The notes beneath the pieces were generated by a model that ran no database searches, was not told the origin of the DNA, and saw only the letters and a program-made list of their open reading frames with translations. A stretch of 64,000 nt of DNA from Chloropicon primus. Its lineage: Eukaryota. Location of the stretch: NCBI GenBank assembly GCA_023205875.1, contig CP060770.1:248001-312000 (forward strand), given 5' to 3'. The translations under genes and the position numbers were made by a program. Shown here in pieces: positions 11,916-20,621 of the stretch (position 1 is the stretch's first letter; each line of letters opens with the position of its first letter).

Positions 11916-12210
11916 TCAAATCTTCTTCACGACGCTTCTCGAGGCAAGCCACCGATCGATCGAAAGATAATGAAGAGATGACCACTTCAGTGATGGTCTC
12001 CCTCGCTCTCACCTCCTCCTCGCGCTCTCTCCCTCCCTCGGAACGACAACCTCCTATCTCTCTCTCTCTGTCGACCGTTTCACTTGGTCAAAATCCTCTT
12101 CACGACGCTTCTCGAGGCAAGCGACCGATCGATCGAAAGAGAATGAAGGGGCGATCACTTCTGTATCGGTCTCCCTCGCTCTCCCCCTCCGCCTCGCGCG
12201 CCCTCTCTCT
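11916..12210. repeat. Diverged direct duplication, period ~173 bp
   Basis: CACGACGCTTCTCGAGGCAAGC...GATCGATCGAAAGA...GGTCTCCCTCGCTCTC begins at 11928 and 12101. Confidence 0.85.
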
Positions 12211-12231
12211 CCCTCTCTCTCTCTCTCTCTT

Positions 12232-12327
12232 GTCCTCCGATCGATCGCGATGATCCCGCCAAAAAGGTGATCGACAGAGGAGAGAGAGAGAGAGAGAGAC
12301 CATCGCGATCGCGATCGATCGGAGGAC
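12232..12327. repeat. 20-bp perfect inverted repeat with 56-nt spacer
   Basis: GTCCTCCGATCGATCGCGAT (12232-12251) pairs with ATCGCGATCGATCGGAGGAC (12308-12327). Flanking CT and GA runs could extend the stem. Confidence 0.8.
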
Positions 12328-12778
12328 GAGGATCGCGAGAGGAGAGAGAGAGGAGTTGCTAAGAAGACGACGCGTCCGTAGATCTTTCGAACGCTACCTC
12401 GGTTGGCAATTTTGGATCATTCCGGAGTGATTTGCACCTCGGAGGAGCATCGAAGCAGAGCATATAGCATTGACATAACTTTTGTCTTTCGAGGCAGTGG
12501 CGACGAGAGCGAGAGGGAGGGAGAGGAAGGGGACGAGGTGCAGCTCTTTCGAAAGACAATCTCGCGATCTTTCGAAAGAGTGGTCGCTCGACTCGTTTGG
12601 ATCATGGGAGTGAATGATACGGCGGCTTGCTTCGAAGACGTAAGGTGCAGGAGAAGTGTGCAGTGAGGGTGGCAGAGGTTTCGCTCACCGTGTTATAGAG
12701 GGAGCATGCGGCGTTGTGGCATCGAGGAGTATCGTGCTCATCGGATTGAGTAGCTCCTTTCCTTTATTTTTTTCCGTG

Positions 12779-14410
12779 ATGGCTGTCTTCTTCAGAGCTG
12801 GTTTCAACGCCGTGAGGAGGAAGGGGAGCCTCCTGGGTTGGAGCGGCCCTGGTCACGTCCAGCCATGCTTGTTTGGGTTTCACAGAAGTTTCAGCCGCGA
12901 TGCCGATGCTTCGGACGTCGTAGGAAACGCGGATGCTTACGACTATGACCTGCCAGAGGACCTAATTGCTCAGAAGCCGATCACTTGGCTCGACACCGAC
13001 CGGGCCGAGGTTCGACGCAGGGACGCTTCGAGGCTGCTGTGCGTGGACGTCACTGACGAGGGGAGTCATCCAATTCAGTTCCTGAGGCAATGCAAGTTCA
13101 CTGACGTGGCCTCGTTCTTGCCCAAAGGAAGCTTGCTTGTCGCGAACAACACAAAAGTTGTCCACGCCAGACTGCAGATGAGAAAGCGCACGACTGGGGG
13201 AGCGGTGGAGCTGCTGGTGGTCTCCCCCGCGGAGGGGTCGTGCGAATCGGGCCTGAGCTCCGGTCCAGCAGAGGCATCTGCGACGTGGAAGTGCATGGTG
13301 AAGGGAAAGAATGTGAATGAGGGCACTGTTTTGATCAAGCAGCACAGCTCTGGAGTGGTTCTGAGTGCGACCATTCTGAAGAGGAGTGAGGAGAGCAGCA
13401 AGTTTGCGGACGTTGAATTCAATTGGTCGGTGGAGGGCTCCTCCGATTCGAGTGGAAGGAAGTTTGGGGACGTCCTTGAGGCCTTGGGCTCGATCCCCTT
13501 GCCGCCGTACATGAAGAGAGCGGCGGAGACTCGGGACGCGGAATCGTATCAGACGATATACGCCGGAGTGCCGGGAAGTGTCGCTGCACCAACCGCAGGT
13601 CTTCACTTCACGGAGGACCTCGTGGGGAAGCTTGAGAGGTCCAGGAGCATCTGCTTGGAGAAAGTCACTTTGCACACCGGCCCTGGGACATTTGTGCCGC
13701 TGCAGTCGAGCAAAGTCCAGGACCACCATATGCACACAGAAACATTCTCCGTCACCAGAGAAGCTCTGGCCAACGTGTGCGAGTACTTGAGGGAGGGCAA
13801 AGACGGGGCGAAGAACCTCATTGCAGTCGGAACGACGACAGTCCGGACCCTGGAAACGCTGTACTGGCTGGGTCTGCGAAGGATGCTGCGAGAACCGGGG
13901 GGGAAGCCGATGGATGATGCCACACCGCTTGATCAGCGCGATGATGAGGGGAAGTCAAAGGTCTTAACTTTTAGCCTGGACCAATGGGAACCCTACGACG
14001 TGGTTCGAGACGCTTGCGGCCAGGATTGGAGCAAGCTGCCCGATGCCTGGGCTTGCTACCAGAACCTTTTGGAGGAGTTGGACGACCAAGGAAAGGACGG
14101 GGTTTTGGGCCAGACATCCTTGCTGATCATGCCGGGCTACAGGTTCCGGGTCTGCGACCAGCTCTTCACCAACTTTCATGCGCCGAAGACGACTCTGATG
14201 CTTCTCGTTTCGGCCTTTGCCTCGTCCTCGTGTGGCACACAAAACGACCTCGGCTTGCTCGACAGGCAAGGGAGGCAGAAAGTCCTCCATGCTTACGAGC
14301 AAGCAGTGAAGCACCGGTTTCGATTCCTCAGTTACGGCGATGCTTGTTTTTTCGCCAGGTTCAAAGACCTCCCATCACCCATGTTTGAGCAAGCCACAAG
14401 TTTGCTGTAA
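12779..14410 (+). CDS. queA: S-adenosylmethionine:tRNA ribosyltransferase-isomerase QueA with N-terminal organelle (mitochondria-like) presequence
   Basis: DYDLPEDLIAQ, RDASRLL, LVANNTKVVHARL, GSIPLPPYMKR, YQTIYA...GSVAAPTAGLHFT, VTLHTGPGTF, HHMHTE, IAVGTTTVRTLE, TNFHAPKTTLMLLVSAF, YEQAV...RFLSYGDA. All the QueA family motifs are present in order. Confidence 0.96.
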   Translation: MAVFFRAGFNAVRRKGSLLGWSGPGHVQPCLFGFHRSFSRDADASDVVGNADAYDYDLPEDLIAQKPITWLDTDRAEVRRRDASRLLCVDVTDEGSHPIQFLRQCKFTDVASFLPKGSLLVANNTKVVHARLQMRKRTTGGAVELLVVSPAEGSCESGLSSGPAEASATWKCMVKGKNVNEGTVLIKQHSSGVVLSATILKRSEESSKFADVEFNWSVEGSSDSSGRKFGDVLEALGSIPLPPYMKRAAETRDAESYQTIYAGVPGSVAAPTAGLHFTEDLVGKLERSRSICLEKVTLHTGPGTFVPLQSSKVQDHHMHTETFSVTREALANVCEYLREGKDGAKNLIAVGTTTVRTLETLYWLGLRRMLREPGGKPMDDATPLDQRDDEGKSKVLTFSLDQWEPYDVVRDACGQDWSKLPDAWACYQNLLEELDDQGKDGVLGQTSLLIMPGYRFRVCDQLFTNFHAPKTTLMLLVSAFASSSCGTQNDLGLLDRQGRQKVLHAYEQAVKHRFRFLSYGDACFFARFKDLPSPMFEQATSLL

Positions 14411-14490
14411 AGCCACGCAACCTTCCCACACAAAACCATCTGATTATATTATATATTATTATATTCTACACTGCTGTACAACAAACAAAC

Positions 14491-15309
14491 TCAAACCTTT
14501 CCCTTGCGGCTCCTCTGGACGAGAGCTCGGAAGGGCAAGAGGGATGCCAAGGCCACTGCAATTTTGATGGCGTAGTCCCCAGTTGCGAGCGTGGCCCAGT
14601 GAGGCATACTCGCGTCGCCATAAAAAGCCAGGAACTGTTTCATCCGGCAAGGCAGGAGCGTCGCGGTTAGCAAAGAATCGTGGTATCGAGGACTTGCAGG
14701 GTGTGCTGCGCTTGGCACTTACCGTGAATAAATAGCTATCGACGCAAGAGCTGATGCTCGTGCTGACCAGCGGAGCCTTCCACCATTCCTTGTCCCTTAA
14801 TTTGCTGAATATGTAAACGTCAAGAAGCTGGGAGAGCAGGAAGGAAGTCCCAGAAGCTGCTGCGATGCGCACTGGACTCAACAGCAGTGAGGCAGATACT
14901 CCCGCGCCGAATCCAAAGTAGACCACTTGACGCGCGCGATCCGCACCGTAGAGTCTGTTCGTAACGTCTGTGACGAGGAAAGCAACCGGGTAAGTGAGCG
15001 ATCCGACGGTGAGCCAATCCGACAACGGGAATTGCGCGAGGTAATTGCTTGCCACGACACTGACGACCATCGCACCCGTGGGAAACACGGGAAGGTCGGG
15101 CAGGCGAGGTCCCTCCCCCTCGACGGCGGCCTCTTGTCCATCCACCTGCTCGTTCTCCTTGGTCTTGCCACTGAAGCAGACTCCGTGGCCACTTCTCGTG
15201 CTGTAACAACTCGTGCTGTAACAAGACCGTCCTCGATTGAGATCAGGAGAGTTGGCCCCGAGCAAGCGCCTCCGAACAGCAACCACGCCCCCTCGACTCG
15301 CCGTCACCA

Positions 15310-15341
<32 letters not shown>

Positions 15342-15574
15342 TCGGTCGACGCCACTCTCGACCATGAAGCGGAGGAGGCAACGGAAGTGTGCTGATGCCT
15401 CAATCGGGGTTCACATGCCGCAGCTGCTGCTGCTCTTTCAACTCCTCCTCCGCCGTTGTGGAGGCACAGCAGCCGGTGAGCTGGTAAAGACTTGTCCCCT
15501 TGAAGGGATGAAAGCCAAACTCCTGGAGAGCATCGAGTCAAGAAGGCGACTCCTCTTGACAGGAATTCCGCCAT
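14491..15574 (-). CDS. yhhQ: YhhQ/Vut_1 (COG1738) queuosine-precursor transporter with long N-terminal targeting-like extension, one intron (14635-14722)
   Basis: MVVSVVASNYL, WLTVGSLTYPVAFLVTDVTNRLYGADRARQVV, RIAAASGTSFLLSQLLDVYIFSKLR..WWKAP..S...SSCVDS. A GTAAGT..CTAAC..CAG intron restores LFTFLAFYG...WATLATGDYAIKIAVAL..LPFRAL. Confidence 0.9.
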
Positions 15575-15809
15575 GATGAAGCGTCTAGGAGACCAACCTC
15601 CACTGGGATCAATCCACCACCTTCCTCCTCACCAGTTTGGGACGCTTCCCTGAGTTGTTGTTGATATTGTTGCTGATGATGAACCCAGGAGGATGAGGAA
15701 CGTCATCCTCCCTCCCTCCTCCTTCACAGCGTCAACCCCTTCGAAAGAGGCGTCAATCGAAAGATCAAAACACGAAGCTTCTTCCTCTTAACCTCTCCTC
15801 CTCCTCCTC

Positions 15810-15850
<41 letters not shown>

Positions 15851-16031
15851 CCCTCTAACTCTCTGTCTCTCTCTCCTCCCTGCTCCTCATCCAAACCTCA
15901 ACCTCATTCCCTCACCCGAGCGCCGTTCGTTTCGTGCGAGACGTCGATTTGAAAAGCTATTCGTAACGCTTGCGAGCGTCAACCTCCCTCACGCCGTAAC
16001 GCCCGCCCTCCTCTTCCACCAAACCCTAACG

Positions 16032-16063
<32 letters not shown>

Positions 16064-16777
16064 AGTAGCGTAGCAACTTGTGGCTGTCGAGGGAGGAGAG
16101 CCAAAGGGGGTTTGTTTGAGCCGAGGCAGAGAGCGGAGGAGGCAGAGAGAGTGGAGGAGAAAGGTACGAGCGGAACTGTCGCGTTTTCCTCTTTCGAACG
16201 ACCGGTCACTCGAAAGGAATGGCGCAAGGGTGAGGATGAAAAGGGACTGATGGATGGATGCTCTTCTTCTCTTTTGTCTTGATGGTGGTGGTGGTGGTGG
16301 TGATGAGCAGGTGAAGCGACGAGGGAGAGGAGGAGAGGGAGCAAAGGATCGAAGAGGCTTCTCACGATCTTTCCATCAAGTGGTCACTCAACTGGTTTGG
16401 TGAGCGGAGGGATCGGGAGGAGTTGAGTGAAGCGGGATCAAGGCATCAGGATAGAGAGAGAGAGAGGGAGAGAGGTGAGTTCGTGGTGGAAGGGACAGTG
16501 AAGGGGATGGGTGGTGCGTCGGGTGAGATGCTTCGATGCTTCGGTGCTTCGGTGCTCCGTGTCTTCCTCTTTCGCTTGACATGAGTGATGACCCGGTGAA
16601 GGAGTTTGCTGACTTGTGTGTCTCGGACCCATCATCTTCACCCACAGGTGACAGAGAGACCAGAGCGAGCGTTTTCGTGCGATTGAGGCGGAGAGGAGGG
16701 GCGAGCGCACAGGCAGAAAGTGGAGGTTCTCTTCACGTTTCCATTGACCCCGGGATTGCCCAGGGCTCGTTGCCTCG

Positions 16778-18508
16778 ATGGCATCATCATCCAGTGTGGT
16801 GATCCATGGGCTGAAGCAGCGAGGCCTTCGAGTGAGGAGGAGGCCCGCAGTGGAGTCGAAGAAGGTTGTGTGGACGAGTTCCAGTGCCGCCAGAGCCTTC
16901 GGTTCCAAGTCTGAGTTCGGTTTCCCTGACTTGGAGAAGGCAAGAAAGCTGGCACAGGATGCCTTTCAAACGATTATCGTGGACAGCGACGACCCCATCG
17001 CTGGGGCCAAGAGAGTGGCCCAGGCTCTGCAAGCTGGGGCCTCTGTCTTGGGCGAGGCCATTGAGTCCGGAGAGTCCGAAGCTTTGATAAAGGACGCAAC
17101 GGACGCGTTCCGGCAAGCCGTCGCGGAGATTGAGCAACAACAGGACCCCGCATCGCCGACGACTGCGTTGATGTCAAGCTCGGAAGAGTCGCTGAAGAGG
17201 TCAGCAAAGTTGTTGAGAAAGTTTTTCGAGAAGATGGGAGCAGCTTACGTCAAGCTCGGCCAATTCATAGCGTCATCGCCGACTTTGTTCCCAAAAGTCA
17301 TCGTGGACGAGTTTCAAGAGTGCTTGGACTCGGTACCTCCGCTGAGCTACGACGAGGAGATTTACAAGATCATCCAGCAAGAGTTGGGCGGCGAGTCAAG
17401 GGTGAGGGAGGTATTCACGAGAATCGACAAGGCCCCGTTGGCAAGCGCGTCGATTGCGCAGGTGCACAGGGGCACCTTGAGATCGACGGGGGAGAGCGTG
17501 GTCCTGAAAGTCTGCAAACCTGACGTGGCGAAGTCCCTCCGGACGGACTTGGATGCCGTGTACCTTGCTTGCAGGGCGTTCGAGCTCTTTGATCCAACCC
17601 TCGAGGAGAGGGTTGGCCTCTCAAGCATCATTCAGGACGCCAGGGACTCAATATTGGCGGAGACCAACTTGGAGCAGGAAGCGAAGAACATGCAGGTGTT
17701 CAGAGAATTTTTGAGCGCAAGTTCAGGGGCGGGTGCCTTTCGGGATGTTTACGTGCCAAAAGTGTACAAGCAGTACAGCACGAGGAAGGTCCTCGTCATG
17801 GAAGAGCTCCGGGGCGTCTCCTTGTCGGATTACCTTGAAGGGGATGCCGGCTACAAGAGAATGGCGAGTTCCATGGGCACGGAGGGGCTTATCATCGAGG
17901 CGTTGAACGCGTGGATTGCTTCCGTGGGCATGTGCGAGTCCTTCCATGCAGATGTCCACGCCGGCAACCTCTTTGTCCTCAGCGACGGAAGGCTGGCCTT
18001 CATTGACTTCGGCTCGGTGGGTAGGATCTCTCCAAAGACGAAGAGGTCCTTGGAGAACTTGGCGTACTGCCTCCCAAGGGGAGACTGGAGGGGAGCCGCG
18101 AGTGCTCTGGTGGGGATGGGGGCCATCATGGGAACCGAGGCGGAGACTAGCGCTGTGATCGACCCCCTGGCAAGGGACCTGGAGTACATGACCGACAGGG
18201 TGGACAGGTTGGTGCAAGATATGATGGTCATGGAAGTCAACGTCACCACGGCCTCGATTGGGGCTCTCTCTGGTGACATTGACCCGAGCTCCATGCCTCC
18301 GCCACAGCTGAACTCTTTGGACATCGCCGAGAGGATCAACAGGCTTGTTCTTGACGTGGTCGACATTGCTGAGAAGAGAGGTTTGAGGTTCCCAAGGGAA
18401 TTCGCTTTGCTGATCAAGCAAATGCTTTACTTCGACAGGTTTGTTCAAGAGCTGGCGCCCGAGCTCGACGTGCTGACCGACGACAGAGTCGACAAGACTC
18501 TGACGTGA
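16778..18508 (+). CDS. ABC1/UbiB-family atypical kinase (ABC1K), probably plastid
   Basis: MGAAYVKLGQFIASSPTLFP, PLASASIAQVH, VVLKV, VLVME, FHADVHAGN, FIDFGSVG, FPREFALLIKQMLYFD. Confidence 0.93.
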   Translation: MASSSSVVIHGLKQRGLRVRRRPAVESKKVVWTSSSAARAFGSKSEFGFPDLEKARKLAQDAFQTIIVDSDDPIAGAKRVAQALQAGASVLGEAIESGESEALIKDATDAFRQAVAEIEQQQDPASPTTALMSSSEESLKRSAKLLRKFFEKMGAAYVKLGQFIASSPTLFPKVIVDEFQECLDSVPPLSYDEEIYKIIQQELGGESRVREVFTRIDKAPLASASIAQVHRGTLRSTGESVVLKVCKPDVAKSLRTDLDAVYLACRAFELFDPTLEERVGLSSIIQDARDSILAETNLEQEAKNMQVFREFLSASSGAGAFRDVYVPKVYKQYSTRKVLVMEELRGVSLSDYLEGDAGYKRMASSMGTEGLIIEALNAWIASVGMCESFHADVHAGNLFVLSDGRLAFIDFGSVGRISPKTKRSLENLAYCLPRGDWRGAASALVGMGAIMGTEAETSAVIDPLARDLEYMTDRVDRLVQDMMVMEVNVTTASIGALSGDIDPSSMPPPQLNSLDIAERINRLVLDVVDIAEKRGLRFPREFALLIKQMLYFDRFVQELAPELDVLTDDRVDKTLT

Positions 18509-18580
18509 GTATAATGATAAAGTACACGAAAATCGATTGAAGTGGTGGTGGACGCCAAATAATTATGGTCTTGAGCCTTT

Positions 18581-19588
18581 TCACGCGTAGTCCATCTGCG
18601 AAGGAAGGAAGCGAGAGAGAGAGAGAGAGAGAGAGAAACGGAAATAATGTCAGTCCATCCACGTTCCTTGGCACGGAAGAAAGCAAAAACGTACCACCTC
18701 GTGAGGGGCTTGTTGCCCAAGGGAGCAGCGCTGCTGGTTCTGGCCCCTCATCAGCATCTCCCTCGCGGTCGTGAACCCAGCTCTCGGGACGGCCGCTCCA
18801 CCACTCTGAGAATTGAAAGTGAAGTCCTCTTCCTCTTCATTCTCGGAGGCGGCTCTCGCTCGATGGCTGCCCCTCGCCGCACTGCTGGCAGCACTCGCTC
18901 CGCTCCACCTTCTCGATCCGTCTGCTCTCCCACCTTCCCTCCCGACTGGGCTTCCACCGCTCCTGTCCGGCAAGTTACTCAGGTGGTTGGTGAGGTCCAA
19001 CTCAGGCCCCTCCCCCGCCAAGTCGCTCGGGTCGTTGCCGTGATTCTCCTCCGCGAGCCGCAGCATAAACCCCGCGCTGTCGTTCAAGTTTGCAGTCATT
19101 GGCGAAGCACTGCCAACCGGTCTCTGTGGAAGCTTCCACTGCGGCGATTTGAGCTCCAAACGAGGGAAAAGCATCTGAATCACGTTCCAAAGCGCCGAGT
19201 TCACCGCAAACAAGTTCTCCTTCTCTTCCTTGGTCGCTCGCGCCAATACCTTTCTGCACTTTGGACACTCCACAGTCTCCTTCCCTTGAGTGAGACACGT
19301 CTTCTGCAATGCCTTGATGCAGTTCTGACAAAAGTTGTGTCCACATGGAGTGGAGCATGGCTTCACACATACCTCAAGACAAATCCCACAAGTCAACTCT
19401 CCCTTCAAGTCACTGATGCACTTCAACCTGGATGGCGTAGCCAAACAAGTTCCTGCTGCTGTTGTTGGATGATTCATCGAATCCTTCCTGCAGGATGAGA
19501 GAGAGAATGGCGTAGGAGTCACACAATCGTCGAGCACGACGCTTCGACGAGAACGCTTCGAAGACGTCGACGTTGGCGTCGTGAACAT
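18581..19588 (-). CDS. C3HC4 RING-finger E3 ligase-like protein, probable 3' intron (18596-18694)
   Basis: LTCGICLEVCVKPCSTPCGHNFCQNC...VECPKC followed by VNSALWNVIQMLFP. The last exon is inferred from GTACGT..CAG. Confidence 0.8.
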
Positions 19589-19865
19589 CTTCCCCAATGG
19601 AATCCAAAAGGAAAAAAAAATCCAACTTGGATTCCCAAAGCAATGTCTTGAGAGATTCGAAACCAATGAGGTCAAATGAGGTACCAATGGAAAGGTCTCG
19701 AGTCAAGGAATCGTTTTGTGTAGCGCTTTGGACCACCTCTTGCCGTCCTTGTCCTCGAAATTGCTCCGAAACCTCTCCGCTTTTTCAAAAACTCTGCAGC
19801 TGTCTTCCCCCCTTTTTGGTTCCTGGAGACCAACGGCCATATGGGTGCACTCATCCCACAGAAAC

Positions 19866-20195
19866 GTTTCAGCCCGTTTTGAGGCCAAAGGGGGTGGAAA
19901 GAAAGGCAAAGGACGCGCAACAAGGAGCGTATCGGCGCGAAGGGATCACGCACGTCCATGATACGTTTCACGAGCATTCCAAAGACCGCTCACTCGAAGC
20001 GGTTGGCGTCGTTTTGAGGTATTTATAGCCTAATACTTTTGGGAAAAGTTTCAGCCCGTTTTGAGGCCAAAGGGGGTGGAAAGAAAGGCAAAGGACGCGC
20101 AACAAGGAGCGTATTGGCGTGAAGGGATCACGCACGTCCACGGTACGTCTAACAAGCATTCCAAAGACCGCTCACTCGAAGCGGTTGGCGTCGTG
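19866..20195. repeat. Direct duplication, period 182 bp, with a degenerate partial third copy near 20365
   Basis: GTTTCAGCCCGTTTTGAGGCCAAAGGGGGTGG...CTCGAAGCGGTTGGCGTCGT begins at 19866 and 20048. Confidence 0.9.
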
Positions 20196-20621
20196 GTGAA
20201 GGATTTTGTCGCTGACATCTACATCTAGTCGTGTGTCTGTCATACAGAGTTGGAGCCAACCCAAGGTGAGTGGGGACGGGGGTGGAGGGCAAGGGGGAAG
20301 AGGTGGGACGGTGGAGTTGGTCACCAACAGGTGTGATCACTCGTGTCACGAGTTCTCGAAAGGGGCGCTCGCTCGAAGCCGTTAGCGTCGTTGGTGAAGC
20401 AGTTTGAACTAATACTTGGAGTTGTTGTGTTCCCCTCGCAGCAGGGAGGGTAAGCTTGCTGCAAGCAGGCTGGAGGAAGTCCGCCATGAGGAGAGCAGAG
20501 GGACGGAAGCCGCTTGGCAGGAGAAGTGGATGCGATCCCTGCAAGCATTAGGTCGGGAGCCTTGCCGTTGTTTCATCCATCCCATCCTTCTGGTGGGTGA
20601 AGTGCTTGGGGGGAGAGGTGG

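Noticed and set aside
12330..12778. preQ1 riboswitch upstream of queA (also checked upstream of yhhQ)
   Set aside because: No short hairpin with the preQ1-I loop plus A-rich tail was recognisable by eye. An Infernal/Rfam scan would be needed to exclude it fully.
12779..15574. Bacterial contamination as the source of queA/yhhQ
   Set aside because: The yhhQ intron, transit-peptide-like leaders, host-like composition and microsatellites, TGTAA signal and contiguity with eukaryotic genes all argue for a genuine nuclear location.
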